Positions 32,522-47,339 are shown, counted from the first letter of the stretch. The stretch is DNA of 64,000 nt from Chloroflexota bacterium (GCA_964291655.2 OZ219801.1:288001-352000), one strand, 5' to 3'. Made by a program: numbers and translations. Notes: a model not told the origin generated them from the sequence alone.

Positions 32522-33013
32522 CTAGATTGCCTCGTACGCTTTGCGGCTGCCTTTGCCACTCGAGCGCAGGCGCCGCTGTCTGACCAGGGAGTCTATGGCG
32601 GCTTTCACGGCGGGTTCGCCGCGGCGGCGAAACTTGCCGGTAATCTTGCTGAGGGTGCGTGGGCGTTCGCAGTAGGCATACACCTCTTCAGCGAGCAGTT
32701 CGTGGGCCTCAGGGAGGGGTGCGATCGGCCGCACCACGGTGTGACCGAGGTTAGAGTCTACATACTCGCCCGGAGTGAATTCCAAGCGCCCCTTACTCGC
32801 CTGCTGTGCCAAGAACTGTTGCAACCGCTTGCGCAGCACGCCGCCGGATCCGGCCGAACCGTAGCCGTGAATAACGTCCACGGCAGCGGCTGGGCCACCT
32901 GCAGAGCCTTGGAGCCATTCATTATAGAACCCGATAAAGTCTTGCAGAGCTTCTTGCCAGGTTAGCTCGTGTAGGTCCAATTCATGAGGAGACCCAACGT
33001 CATGGATAGTCAT
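32522..33013 (-). CDS. Smr/MutS2-domain protein
   Basis: ELDLHEL, VIHGYGS.GSGGVLR, NLGHTVV. Confidence 0.8.
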   Translation of the reverse strand: MTIHDVGSPHELDLHELTWQEALQDFIGFYNEWLQGSAGGPAAAVDVIHGYGSAGSGGVLRKRLQQFLAQQASKGRLEFTPGEYVDSNLGHTVVRPIAPLPEAHELLAEEVYAYCERPRTLSKITGKFRRRGEPAVKAAIDSLVRQRRLRSSGKGSRKAYEAI

Positions 33014-33078
33014 TGCAGATCAAGTATTCAGATGAACATTCAGGTTGCGCCCGCGCAATCTCACCGAGATTCAAAAAT

Positions 33079-33198
33079 CCTTGGGCAACGGCCTATTTTC
33101 CCACACAGTCGCCCGTGAAGTATCGTCGGTGCTGAGGGGCTTAACTACCGTGTTCGGGATGGGAACGGGTGTACCTCCCTCGCCTTGTCACCCAAGGA
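33079..33198 (-). rRNA. rrf: 5S rRNA
   Basis: Reverse complement contains CACCCGTTCCCATCCCGAACACGG and GTGGGAAAATAGG; CCTTGGG/CCCAAGG terminal stem. Confidence 0.95.
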
Positions 33199-33436
33199 AT
33201 TCTTGACTGGAATATGGAAACGTGTCGTAGATGCACTGCCACGCAATGTGCTGCGGCAAGCGCACATCAAGAAACGACGCGTTATGTCAATGTGCAGTCG
33301 TGAACAATGCGCAAGTCTTGATTGAGTGTGTTTGGCGTGCTTGCACGCCAAAGATAGCTGACCAAGGTGAGAGCATTCCCGCGCTTAGAGAATGACTCAC
33401 AGATTGCAGAACTCCAAATTTGCCAATTAGAAGCGC

Positions 33437-36525
<3,089 letters not shown>

Positions 36526-36608
36526 TGCTTCTAATCGGCAAAATTGAAGTTCTGCTTGCGCAATATTCACTTGTTAATGTACCGCCCCATCTCTAGGGCG
36601 CATCCCCT

Positions 36609-36638
36609 AATGTACCAAACATCGTGCCACGGTGTCAA
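36609..36638 (-). promoter_or_regulatory. Dedicated promoter of the 23S-5S unit
   Basis: Minus strand TTGACA-18 bp-TACATT with TG extension, ~85 bp upstream of 23S. Confidence 0.75.
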
Positions 36639-36849
36639 GAAACACGAGCCGGTCGTGATGACCTCTTGCAACCCGTTGCCTTGCGCATATTGCGACCCAT
36701 CGTCCGTGTTCACGGCCTGCCGCTTCGCCCGTTCGTGCTGAGGATGCTACGCCAAGCCCCTTTCGAAGCATAATCAGACGCCATCGTGACACACGCAGCA
36801 GGATGTCTCACAATTAGAAATCCTTCATTTCCGCGGACGCCGGGAATCC

Positions 36850-36893
36850 ATTCACCCCCTGGAAACCGCTAACGTCGGTTTCCAGGGGGTGAA
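36850..36893. terminator. Long inverted repeat, probable terminator of the vWA gene
   Basis: TTCACCCCCTGGAAACCG ... CGGTTTCCAGGGGGTGAA. Confidence 0.6.
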
Positions 36894-36945
36894 GTTCGCC
36901 GCGCTCAAACTGAGAATAAGCGCGTTGGACTACCTAAAGCCTGAA

Positions 36946-38667
36946 CTACCGGCTGTAGCCGGAGTCCGGCCGCTCCTTTTGCGCGGTCTGCGTCAGGTAA
37001 TCCAGCAGGAAGCTGAAGTCCTTATACGACGTCAGATCGCCCAGCTGCCGGTCCAGCGACCAGAGTTCATCCAGCAAAATTGCCAGATCGCGGTCCACTG
37101 GGGACTCGGCAAAGTCGAGATTGCTGTAGCGGTCTGCTGCCAGAGCAACAATAGAACCGAATTGCAGGAATGCCGCAGCGCGGGCATTCTCCAGCGCGTC
37201 GCTCGTGCTCAGCAGTGTCGCGTGCTGGCGGTTGGACTCGCCGGTAGAAGGCGTCACCCAGCGTATCTCCACCTCACCGAGCCTGGCGGTATCCCGCCGG
37301 CCTGTGTCGGTGAGTTGCAGTTCAAAGAATACCGTAGTTGCGGCCCCCGCCGGAATCTCCGCGAACTCCTTGCGGGCCTCTGTGAAGGACTCGTCAGAAG
37401 TAGCGCGGTTCTCGTAGCCAACAATCCGCCACACCGCGACCATGTCCGGGTCCCAGGTCACCTGGGCGCGGGTCTGATCGGCAAAGGGTATAGAGAGTGC
37501 CAGCCAATTTTCGCGGCTGAAGGTCGCCCGCGCCTGCTCTACCGTGCTGAGATAGCGGTACCAGCCGTTGCCGTGCTGCGCCAATTGCTCCAGCAGGTAG
37601 TCGTTATAGTTCTCTATGCCGACGCCAATGGTGATGAGGCGCAACGGATTGGTGTCGTCACGGTCGTCCGCCGACTCCAAAATGGAGAACGGGTCGGTGG
37701 CGTCCACGTTCGCTACACCGTCCGACATGAGAATGATGTAGTTGTACGCATCGGGACGCTCCCGGCGAATGCGGTCGGCAAGCTGCACACCGAGGTCCAA
37801 CCCGGCTTGCACGTTCGTGGAACCATGCGGCTCCAACAGGTCGATTGACCGCCTGACGGCACGGTCATCCGGGTCCCGGTGATCAACCGTCAGGTTATCA
37901 AGCACGCGGGTGGTGAAGTGGACCACGGCAATTCGGTCCTGGCCGCGCAAGCTGCGCCGGATGCTCTCGGCTGCCTCGCGAGCTATAGCTACGCGATCTC
38001 CCTCACGCATCGAACCCGAAGCATCGAGCACCAGGGTTACGTTGAGCGGGGTGTCGTCGTACGCCAGGTCCGCGGCCTGGAAGGCAATGCGCGCCAGGTG
38101 CAGACCGCTATCCAAGGGGTGCTGGATGACGTCCGTGGCGATGGCAAAACTATCATCGCGCAGCGGCAGCGCGTAATCATAATTAAACGCGTTGATCCAC
38201 TCCTCAGCCCGCACAGAGTCCGGCTCTACGCGGTACGCCGCGTGCGCCCAATTCAGCGCCAGGTGGAACGACGTGCGGTCGGTATCCAAACTAAAGGTAG
38301 CGATCGCATCGCGTGCCGTAGTTACAAACGTGGCGCGCGGATAGTCCCTAAACGTAGTCGCACCTGCGGTCTGCTGCGGCGGCCGCACTGCCGGTTGGCT
38401 TGACGTAGATTGGGATGATTGACTTCGGGATGCTGGAGCTTCCTTGGCTTCTGCTTCGGCCTTTGGGAGGGGAACTAGCGTGGGTACTGACCGTGCGGAT
38501 TCCGCCGCCTTGGCTTCCTCTTTGGGCCTCTCCACTATGGCTTCAGACTCTTCTGCCGCCGGGGCTTCCATATCCGCGGCAGTTGACATCGCTGGCGCCG
38601 CCCCGCAGGCCGCGAGCAGGAGCACACCCACTAGCAACAAAAAAATTGTCCCGCAATACCTTTTCAT
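36946..38667 (-). CDS. von Willebrand factor type A (YfbK-like) lipoprotein
   Basis: LAAC lipobox; TFSLDTD, RAEEWINAF, MIDAS DASGSM, SDG, VGYENR; GGAGG RBS. Confidence 0.88.
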   Translation of the reverse strand: MKRYCGTIFLLLVGVLLLAACGAAPAMSTAADMEAPAAEESEAIVERPKEEAKAAESARSVPTLVPLPKAEAEAKEAPASRSQSSQSTSSQPAVRPPQQTAGATTFRDYPRATFVTTARDAIATFSLDTDRTSFHLALNWAHAAYRVEPDSVRAEEWINAFNYDYALPLRDDSFAIATDVIQHPLDSGLHLARIAFQAADLAYDDTPLNVTLVLDASGSMREGDRVAIAREAAESIRRSLRGQDRIAVVHFTTRVLDNLTVDHRDPDDRAVRRSIDLLEPHGSTNVQAGLDLGVQLADRIRRERPDAYNYIILMSDGVANVDATDPFSILESADDRDDTNPLRLITIGVGIENYNDYLLEQLAQHGNGWYRYLSTVEQARATFSRENWLALSIPFADQTRAQVTWDPDMVAVWRIVGYENRATSDESFTEARKEFAEIPAGAATTVFFELQLTDTGRRDTARLGEVEIRWVTPSTGESNRQHATLLSTSDALENARAAAFLQFGSIVALAADRYSNLDFAESPVDRDLAILLDELWSLDRQLGDLTSYKDFSFLLDYLTQTAQKERPDSGYSR

Positions 38668-39035
38668 GACACTATCCTCCGTGTTGAATGCCCATCGGTG
38701 GAGCCAAGCAAGTGTTCTGCCAGGCAAGAGATGTTCATCTCGTTAGTTGGGCCAACCACCTGTCAACTAAGTCTACTTCAATTCCGGCTAGCTCCTCCTT
38801 TGTGAACTTGCTAACGCCATTCGCTGGTTTCTCTACGTACCATAAGCCAATACAATCAATGCCAGCCTAAACACCACCACGGTCCTATTTCACTACCCAT
38901 GAGATGCTCGCGACTAAAACCCCTGCTGGCGCAGCGCTGCCCTATCCACCCCCGGACACCGATTGCTCTCGGCATCCAGGAGGTGACAACAGGCACCCAA
39001 GCACGGGCGGCCTTTGCAGAACACGCCGACGCTGG

Positions 39036-40657
39036 TTAGCGGCTATAGCCGGAAGACGGGTTTTCCTTCTCAGCTGTGCCTGCGAGGTAGTTCAACAAGA
39101 ACGAGAAGTCCTGGTACGAGGTGAGATCGCCCAACTGGCCGTCAAGCGCCTGCAACTCATCCTGCAGGACCAACAGATCACGGTGCACCGGGGATTCAGC
39201 AAAATCGAGATTGCTATAGCGGTCTGCCGCCAGCGCCACGATGGCGCCGAACCGCAGCAGCGCATCAGATTGGGCTTCCAGACTCGCATCGCTTGTACTC
39301 AGTAGCGTGGCGTGCTGGCGATTGGATTCGCCGGTGGCAGGAGTGACCCAGCGGATTTCCACCTGGCCAAGCTGGGAGGTATCCTCTCGCCCTGCTTCCG
39401 TGAGCTGTAACTCAAAGAAGACCGTGGTAGCGGTGCCAGCCGGAATCTCCGCAAACTCCTTGCGGGCCTCCGTGAACGACTCATCGGACGTTACGCGGTT
39501 CTCATAGCCCACGATGCGCCACACCTGCACCATCTCCGGGTCCCAGGTCACCTGGGCGCGGGTCTGGTCAGCGAACGGAATCGAGAGCGCCAGCCAGTTC
39601 TGCCGGCTGAAGGTCGCCCGAGCCTGCTCGACGGTACTGAGATAGCGGTACCAACCGTTACCGTTTTGCGCCAGTTGTTCCAGCAGGTAGTCGTTGAAAT
39701 TCTCAATGCCGACACAATGGTGATGAGGCGCAGCGGATTTGACGAATCGTAGTCTTCCGCCGTTTCCAAAATCGCGAATGGGTCGGTAGCATTTACGTTG
39801 GCAACGCCATCCGACATCAAGATCACGTAGTTGTACGAATCTGGACGTTCATCGCGGATGCGGTCGGCAAGCCGCACGCCGAGATTGAGACCGGCCTGCA
39901 CATTTGTAGACTGATGCGGGGCCAGCCGGCCGATAGACCAAGCGACGTTACTGTCGTTTGGCTCACTATGTTCAACGGTGTACTGGCTGATCACAAAGTC
40001 GGTGAAGTGCACTACAGCGATGCGGTCCTGGGCGCGCAGGCTGCGCCGGATGCTCTCGGCGGCCTCACGAGCGATTGCTACACGGTTGCCGCTGCTCATC
40101 GAACCCGATGCATCGAGCACGAGAGTCACGTTGACCGGCGTATCATCATGAACCAAATCTGCCGCCTGAAACGAGATGCGCGCAATGTGCAACTCGCTAT
40201 CCAATGGATGGGCCACCACGTCGCTCGTAATGGCAAAGCTATCTTCCCGCAGCGGAAAAGCGTAGTCGTAGTTGAACGTGTTGACCCACTCTTCAGCACG
40301 CACCGAATCCGGTTCCACTCGATAGTTCGATCTCGCCCAATTCAAGGCAAGGTGGAACGACGTGCGGTCGGTATCCAAGCTAAAGGTAGAGATTGCATCG
40401 CGGGCTGTGCTAACAAACGTGGCGCGCGGGTAGTCCTTGAACGTGGTCGCGCCCGCGATCTGCGGTCGGGGCTGGGCGGGCTGGGCGGTCGAAGGCCGCT
40501 CAGGTGCGGGCCGGGAAGGGGGCGCCTGCGCCCGCGGCGCTTCACTCTTTGCCTCCATGGCGGGGGCCGAACTTGAGGCGGTAGACATAGAACCGCATGC
40601 CCCAAGTAGGAGGATGCCCACAATCAGCAATGAAATAGTCCTAAGAGATCTCTTCAT
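39036..40657 (-). pseudogene. Second vWA lipoprotein paralogue, frameshifted near 39715
   Basis: ORFs 39548-40660 and 39036-39551 join by restoring one base (LITIGVGIEN as in the paralogue). Confidence 0.8.
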
Positions 40658-41236
40658 CACACTTTCTCCTCGTTATCTTTCACCCCACGGCACTGTACCC
40701 ACAATACGTTAGAGACAAGTTACAACTGGGGACAATCTGTGGAGACTAGCTTCAGCACGAACGGTTCCCGCGAAAGGTGACGAGAGTGGATGATAAACGC
40801 CAATAAAGCCGGACACAGCCAGCTTTCACCGAGCATAGCCATCAATCCCGGACGGCATCTCCGCCCAAGACGCGGACTACATTTTGCTTCTCGGCATTCA
40901 CACTAGATGGATGGATCAACTTTCCATGAACAAGCGGGATATCACATCGTGCTTTAGGTAAGAAAAACGCGGTAATCTTCTGTGTTCAGGTCGCTAGGCC
41001 CTCCTCCTTCCATGCGTTGCATGGACACCATACGCGAGCACCACCCCTGGCTCGCACGCGCCCGCCAATTGCCTTTCAGGTACATCCTTACCCCAAAGAC
41101 GATCGTTACCGATTGGGGTGTACTGATAGACCTATTAGGCGTTTGGGGGATCGTAGTAACTATGGTAAGCGAAGTTCCGAGACTTGTCTAGACCTTTAAG
41201 GCCCTGGAATGCCTTGACAAGCCAAGAGTTGGGAGG

Positions 41237-42280
41237 TCAAAAGGCTGCGTGGTCGCCACCCAGCCAGCGGTATGGACGGGGGTAAAGCGTCAGTGAGCGG
41301 TCTTCCAACGGCAGCGAGAGGGGTACCGACCCCCAGAGTGCCGAAAACTTCGCGGCGATCGCCGCCTCGAGGGACTGGCGCAGGTCGTGGCCTGATACGG
41401 CTATCTCGGTGCCGTTTTCAACGGCCGAGATGAATGACAAGATCGAGCTGGCGAGGTAGCTGTACTGCGGCCAGGCAGAGGGCGTGAACGCCCGGTTGGA
41501 CTTGACCCGCGCGCCACTTGCATTGAACCCCTGGTAGATGTCCATCTCGTCGTCCCAGTCCCAGCGCAGGAGCGCATCCTCAGTCCAGACGTCGACGCCG
41601 CGATACGGAGTTGGCTCGCCGAATATTGGCGCCTCGATGCCGGTGCTCAGGGTGAACCGGCCGTTGATGATAAGGCCGGTGTCCTCGTCCGCTTCCAGGG
41701 CTTCCTGCGGCTTGCCCCACGCAATCACCTCGGTGATCTCGGCCTGTGTGAGCAGCCTGAGCACGGCGATGTGCTGGCAGCCACCACCGGAAATCTCGCC
41801 ACCCCACGCATGCACGGTAGCGCCCCGTATCTCGCCAAAGTCGCCGCGCCACAGCCAGCTCGCGGCCTCTTGAATATCTGTACGGGCGCTTTGCAGATTG
41901 CCACCGTGAAAAACAACGCCGCGCTCCGCGCAGGTGTCAATCATCTCGTCCACGTCGGAGAGCCGGGCGCCAATGGGCTTATCGGTGGATACGCCGCGCA
42001 CACCCGCCTGGGCCGAGGCAATCACGGCATCCTTGATGAACTTGCCGGGGAGAGCAGTGACCGCGAGATCGGGGACTTCGCCTAGCTGCCCATACATCTC
42101 CTCGGCGTCCTTGTACAGCGCCTTAACGCCGAACTGCTCACCGACGGCCTGCCGCCGCTCGTCATTGTATTCGGCAATAGCAACGATCTCGGTGTTCTTG
42201 AGAACGCCATAGAACTTGGCATACTCCTGGCCCATCCGACCGCAGCCGATGATTGCTACCCGTAACATCTCGTCTGTCAT
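41237..42280 (-). CDS. Gfo/Idh/MocA family oxidoreductase
   Basis: IIGCGRMG, DKPI; C-terminus resembles the 21877 paralogue. Confidence 0.88.
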   Translation of the reverse strand: MTDEMLRVAIIGCGRMGQEYAKFYGVLKNTEIVAIAEYNDERRQAVGEQFGVKALYKDAEEMYGQLGEVPDLAVTALPGKFIKDAVIASAQAGVRGVSTDKPIGARLSDVDEMIDTCAERGVVFHGGNLQSARTDIQEAASWLWRGDFGEIRGATVHAWGGEISGGGCQHIAVLRLLTQAEITEVIAWGKPQEALEADEDTGLIINGRFTLSTGIEAPIFGEPTPYRGVDVWTEDALLRWDWDDEMDIYQGFNASGARVKSNRAFTPSAWPQYSYLASSILSFISAVENGTEIAVSGHDLRQSLEAAIAAKFSALWGSVPLSLPLEDRSLTLYPRPYRWLGGDHAAF

Positions 42281-42389
42281 GATTCCCTCAATCCCATTTC
42301 GGTAATCTGACACCTATACGCTTGAGGCAGATGGTAAGCTACGAGAAATGGCGGGGCTTCCGTAGCAGAGCCGAACAGTGGATGCAGTG

Positions 42390-43424
42390 TTAGGTTGCTG
42401 GGAAACGAACTTGGTAAATTTCATCGGCGATTTTTTTCAGACTATCTACTACGCCATCCAGAATTTCTGGATACTCAACGTCCCTCTTCAAGGCGACCGG
42501 TGCCCATCGAGAGTCCTGCATTCCCAATGCGTCCCGTATCTCGGATGGCATATCTTGCTGAAAGTCGTAACAATCAACCCACAAAGGAGTTTCACCAGTT
42601 CTGTCGAACTGTTCGAGATTGATGCCGAACCACACAATCGTCCCACGAAGTCCGACATATCGACCGTAGCCGTACTCACGAGGTGTTGCCCTTAAGCCCT
42701 TCCGTCTGGCCCATTCCTGCTCAACTCCTCGTTAGGTAGATGCCTCAATGAGCCGCTTGTACTGGCGTTGGCGCATTTCCGAATCCAAGCCGGCTTTCTC
42801 GTCCCGGCGTATAGGCTTGAATGCTCCGGCATCGGCGTACTTGGCTAGGCTGCGCAGTTGGCGAATTTCAGTTTCGACACCAGACTCAGCATAGTCTCTG
42901 GTCCTGGCCGCCATGCTATCGAGAAGACTTCCCCAACTCACGATCATCACGTGCTTCTGCGTATCCCCTACACGCACACATCTGCGCTCTGATTCGACCT
43001 CCACTAGACAGCTGAACTCCTGGCTAATCCGTCCCTGCAACTGCGGCCAAAGCGACTGAACTCGCTCCTCCGGTACCAGGAACATCAGGAGCGCCGGACC
43101 ATCATCCGGGAGCACTCCAACGTATCCGTTGGGCTGATTTTCTGTGAGGCCTGCCCAGAACTTCACTTCGATGAGCACTCGTTCCACGCCAGTTTCGTCG
43201 AATCCCACTAAGTCCGGACGCGCTCCATCCTCTTGAGTCACCTGCGTCTTTACAGTTGTGACCGCGTTTACACCCCGGACACCGGACTGAATGACGTCGT
43301 TCAAAGCCACCCCGCAGGCGTCTGAGTGATCGAAGATGTGGCGCAAAGCTTCTGTAGCGATGTTCTCCGTGTTTCCAGGGAAGCTGGAAACCAGATACGC
43401 GAGCAGTGTATCGTTGTCGGGCAT
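42390..43424 (-). pseudogene. PD-(D/E)XK nuclease-superfamily gene with internal stop
   Basis: RPDLVG...LIEVKF; TAA at 42732-42734 is in frame with downstream ...GYGRYV...WFGIN ORF ending at 42390. Confidence 0.7.
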
Positions 43425-43435
43425 CGAACTCTCCC

Positions 43436-43804
43436 TCAGCTCTGATGGGCCGGATTCGCTGGATAGTCCTCCGGCTTGCCCGTGTCGCCGGGTTGGATGA
43501 CGAAGTCACGGCGGTCCCGGTAGAGACGTGCACGGTTCAGGACGTAGTTCTCCCCAGGTTTCAGGTCATCCCAATGGGTCATCAGCCAGTATTTGTGGTC
43601 GCCGATGAAGAGATAGGTGATGTACATGCGAAAGAAGCGGCAAGCCACGCCCTCTCCAGCGCGGAAACGCTCGCAGACGGCCTCCAGCAACTCCTGCTGA
43701 CCGTCCGTCTCAATCAGTACGTACTCGTGGGGCCACGTATCCCGGAAGGTAACCGCCTCCCGCCAGAGCGCGCGGGCTATCAACTCCGTAAGCGCTAATG
43801 CCAT
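43436..43804 (-). CDS. Hypothetical protein with WPHEY motif
   Basis: 122-aa ORF (TFRDTWPHEY...KYWLM...LNRAR) 11 bp upstream of the nuclease gene. Confidence 0.6.
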   Translation of the reverse strand: MALALTELIARALWREAVTFRDTWPHEYVLIETDGQQELLEAVCERFRAGEGVACRFFRMYITYLFIGDHKYWLMTHWDDLKPGENYVLNRARLYRDRRDFVIQPGDTGKPEDYPANPAHQS

Positions 43805-44130
43805 CTTCTATTGGCTCCCTCATTCTTCATGGCGAAGCCGCGCAGTTGGGCCGCAGGAAACTCCGTTTGCCGGAATTGACCAATGCAAACGCAACGTCAT
43901 TGAACGCCGCGCACGAAACTCCTCTCGCCACAGCTTGGTGGTACTTTACTCAAGCTGGCTATGATGGGCAACAAGCAGGTCTGCGCGTGAAGGGGTGTCC
44001 GGAGTTCTTCTCGCCTGGAGGAAACTTTGCGAAACACCTTCCCCTTAATGGAAGAGGGCCGGGATAGGGGCGGAAAGAATTGACGAATAGCTCTGCACGG
44101 GCAATGCCGACGCCGAATGCCAATGCCTCT

Positions 44131-44156
44131 GGATTCCGGCTTTCGCCGGAATGACG
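44131..44156. repeat. REP-like palindrome
   Basis: GGATTCCGGCTTTCGCCGGAATGACG; related copies at 36821-36850 and 51933-52056. Confidence 0.75.
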
Positions 44157-44524
44157 GGTAATGCAAGGGTATCCGTCGAAATCCCTGAGAAACGGGGTGT
44201 CGGGGGCGTTTTCCTGACGGCTTAACACCAGAAGCCGCCTATACCGCCAACCGGAACCTCAGCGCGAAGGTTCTCGGCTTACTCAAGCTTGGTGGGCCTA
44301 TTTTGACGATAGACAGAACCGTTTTCGAGTTGTGGCTGGGCGGCCGTTAGGCTTACCCAGCAGCGCCGTCCCGGGCTATGGCAACATATCCTGGGACGGC
44401 TGACTGCAATCGGAAACAAGAAGCCCAAGTCAAGCCCTTAACCTTGGCTGGAGGTGCCCGTTGATTTTATCCCGGGATGCGTTGTCATACCGGGACTGAT
44501 TTGTTCATGAGTCCCACACGTCAT

Positions 44525-44564
44525 AAATCCAGCCGCGAGCCGTTAGGCGGGTCACGGCTGGATT
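44525..44564. terminator. Hairpin downstream of the MMPL gene
   Basis: AAATCCAGCCG...CGGCTGGATTT. Confidence 0.55.
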
Positions 44565-44597
44565 TGGTCCCATCCGTTGATACCTGACCAAGTGCAG

Positions 44598-47042
44598 CTA
44601 TTCGTCAAGCATCTCGGATGCGCGTTCGACGGCGCCACGAAGTCGGTAGTTCTGGTACGCCGCCCAGAGGATCATCGCCGGTGGCACGACCACGATGGCG
44701 GCGATCAGAGCATAGGCGATGGTAATTGCCGTCACGATTCCGAATTGCTGGAAAGGTGTCAGTGTGGAGAACACAAGCACGCCAAACCCCAGTGCCGTGG
44801 TGAGCGCCGAGCCGAGCAGCGCTGATCCGGTCGTACCGAGCGTGCGGCGCGCCGCACGCTCCGGATCGTGGGAGTGCGCGAACTCCTCCTCATAGCGATG
44901 AATGATGTGGATTGTATAGTCCACGCCGATGCCGATGGACAGCGCCGTGATGAGCGCCGTGATAACGTTGTAGGGAATGCCGACCAAAGACATGGTGCCG
45001 AGCACGCAGAACAGCACCATGACGATCGGAGCGACCGCTATGACACCAAGTTCCGCCCGCCTCTCGGTGATCCAGAAGAACATGGAGAGGATGATCAGGG
45101 CTGCGAGCACGGTGGTGGCTATGGCGGCCGTCTGGCTGCTGGTCATGGCATCCACCACCTCGAGACCAACGATCTCGCCGGACGTCGCGACGATCTCCTC
45201 ATCGCGTCCGAACCACAGCCCTTCAATGTCCGCCACCATACGCCCGGCCCGCTCCTGGTCGCGCGTCAGCGCGTCGAAGCGCAGGAGTATAGTGTCCGGG
45301 CCGTTGGGGTTGTCCACGGCCACACGTGCGAAGCCAGGGGGGTCCAGCTCCTCCAGCCGGTCGATGATCGCCTGCAACTGATGCGGGTCGAGCCGGAACT
45401 GGTCGGCCTCGGCGACCATGGCCTGCAACTGGGCATCGTAGGCGTCGCCCTGTGTGCCATCCTCGGTCATCCAGTCGAGCAGCAGCAGACCCAGGGAGGA
45501 TTGTATGCCGCCGACCACGCCTTCGGGCCGGCGCAGGTCATCGTTGAAAGCGTCGGTAAAGTCGAGCACGTTGCGGACCGTTCGATCACTGGTCACCTCG
45601 GACTCGATCAACACCTGTACCACGTCGGTCGACCCGCCGAAAGCCGCGTCAAGCGTGTTGATGTCTCGGATGGCATCGCCGCCTCTGGGCAGGAAGTCGC
45701 GCGAATCGAAGACCGTATCGATGTTGGTGGAGGCGACGCCCAGCACGACAGTGATGATGCCGATTGCCAGCAGGAACGGTGCAGGGCGACGGGCGAGTTG
45801 GCCGCCCAGCGCCTCTACGGCAGCACCCACGCCGGGGATCGCACCGGAGATCGGTCGCGCCGGAGGCAGGGAGCCGCGCTTTTCGCGCCAGCGATCGAGC
45901 AGCGTACGAGCGGAGGTGAGCAGCACCAGCATTACGACGAGCCCCGCGACCACACCGACTCCTGCAACGACCCCAAAGTCGCCGTTGGCTGGAATCGGCG
46001 ACGAGAGGTTCGTCAGGAAGGAGACGACTGTCGTAACCGCGGCGAGAGAGAGGGGGATGAGCACCGACCGCAGTCCCAACCGCGCGGCAACCCGGACCTC
46101 ATGGCCTTCACCACGCTGCTCCCGATACAGACCCACCGTCTGGATCGCGTAATCGACCACCAGGCCGATCAGCATGATCGGCACCATCGTCGTCAGCGTG
46201 TTTGGAGCGCCTATCAGCCCGACACCGTTGGGTCCCAGCCATCCCTGGGCGCCTATCACCCAGATGATCGTGAGCACAAGGCCCAGCAGCGAGAGCAGCA
46301 GGTCAACGAGCGAGCGCGTGAACAGCAACAGCAGTCCACCTATCACGGCCAGGGCTATAACCATTAACACGACCATGTCCGAACCGGTCGCTTGCTCGGT
46401 CTCTTCAGCCGTGGTGGCCTGAGAAATGCTTCCGCCATCGAGCGGACCAGAACTCGCCTCAACGATTTCGCGGATCGCCAACTCGGCCTCGTTAAGGAAC
46501 TCCTCGTCATCCTTCGAGTCCCCGTCTCCATCCCCGTCCTCTAGCAGTCGCACATTAGCGATCGCAACTCCAGTGCCGTCGGCGTCGGTGCCGACCAGCC
46601 GCCCAATGGGCAGTTGCGCAGCCGCCTGGTCAATCTCCTGTTGAGAGAGCAAAACAAAGTCGTCGGCGCCTAGGGCTCTCCCAATCAATAGCGTTGGCGC
46701 AATGACCGGGTCGGGCTGGGCCAGAAAGGGAACAACACGCGGTTCGGTCATCACCCCATCCAGAACGCTGTCGATCTGGGCCAGACCTTGAGGTGTTAGC
46801 GCATCGCCCCGAAAGATCAACGTCACCGAGACTGTGTCCAGGGAGCTTCCGAACAGCTCGTCGATCGTTTCCGTGGCGGCGGCCACCCTGCTGTCCTCGG
46901 GCAGAAACACGGAGTTGTCTGCCTGGGGAGCCAGCCTGGTGATGCCAACTCCCAACGCAACCGTGAGGGCCAACAGCACCAACAGCGTCACAATCGGCCG
47001 GGCGGTGACAAGCCCGCTGAGTACGTCAAGAGTCTTAGTCAT
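44598..47042 (-). CDS. MMPL/RND family transporter
   Basis: Two halves with TM clusters; GLVVDY and GIGVDY motifs. Confidence 0.9.
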   Translation of the reverse strand: MTKTLDVLSGLVTARPIVTLLVLLALTVALGVGITRLAPQADNSVFLPEDSRVAAATETIDELFGSSLDTVSVTLIFRGDALTPQGLAQIDSVLDGVMTEPRVVPFLAQPDPVIAPTLLIGRALGADDFVLLSQQEIDQAAAQLPIGRLVGTDADGTGVAIANVRLLEDGDGDGDSKDDEEFLNEAELAIREIVEASSGPLDGGSISQATTAEETEQATGSDMVVLMVIALAVIGGLLLLFTRSLVDLLLSLLGLVLTIIWVIGAQGWLGPNGVGLIGAPNTLTTMVPIMLIGLVVDYAIQTVGLYREQRGEGHEVRVAARLGLRSVLIPLSLAAVTTVVSFLTNLSSPIPANGDFGVVAGVGVVAGLVVMLVLLTSARTLLDRWREKRGSLPPARPISGAIPGVGAAVEALGGQLARRPAPFLLAIGIITVVLGVASTNIDTVFDSRDFLPRGGDAIRDINTLDAAFGGSTDVVQVLIESEVTSDRTVRNVLDFTDAFNDDLRRPEGVVGGIQSSLGLLLLDWMTEDGTQGDAYDAQLQAMVAEADQFRLDPHQLQAIIDRLEELDPPGFARVAVDNPNGPDTILLRFDALTRDQERAGRMVADIEGLWFGRDEEIVATSGEIVGLEVVDAMTSSQTAAIATTVLAALIILSMFFWITERRAELGVIAVAPIVMVLFCVLGTMSLVGIPYNVITALITALSIGIGVDYTIHIIHRYEEEFAHSHDPERAARRTLGTTGSALLGSALTTALGFGVLVFSTLTPFQQFGIVTAITIAYALIAAIVVVPPAMILWAAYQNYRLRGAVERASEMLDE

Positions 47043-47339
47043 ATACGATGTCTTGTACCTCGTCCTGTTTATGAGTGGCTCAATGATACCCCATTCACCG
47101 GTTAGTTCAAAATCTCTGAGTCTGGTATTCTCTTCCTTATTTAATCATAAAACCAGCGCAGCTAGTGGATATGATTCGAAGAATTGCCCATCGTCGATGC
47201 GAGTTGCCGAAGAGTGGGATATCTTCCGTCCACTTCCCGCATAGACCAACGTCTTCGACTTGATGACTTGCACTCCATTGGAGTGAGGTCTGAAGGGTCC
47301 CTGTGTCGAGCGCCGCCGAGCATGATTCTATGAGGAGAG

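Noticed and set aside
47100-47339. c-di-AMP or other riboswitch upstream of the K+ channel
   Set aside because: No recognisable conserved riboswitch motifs.
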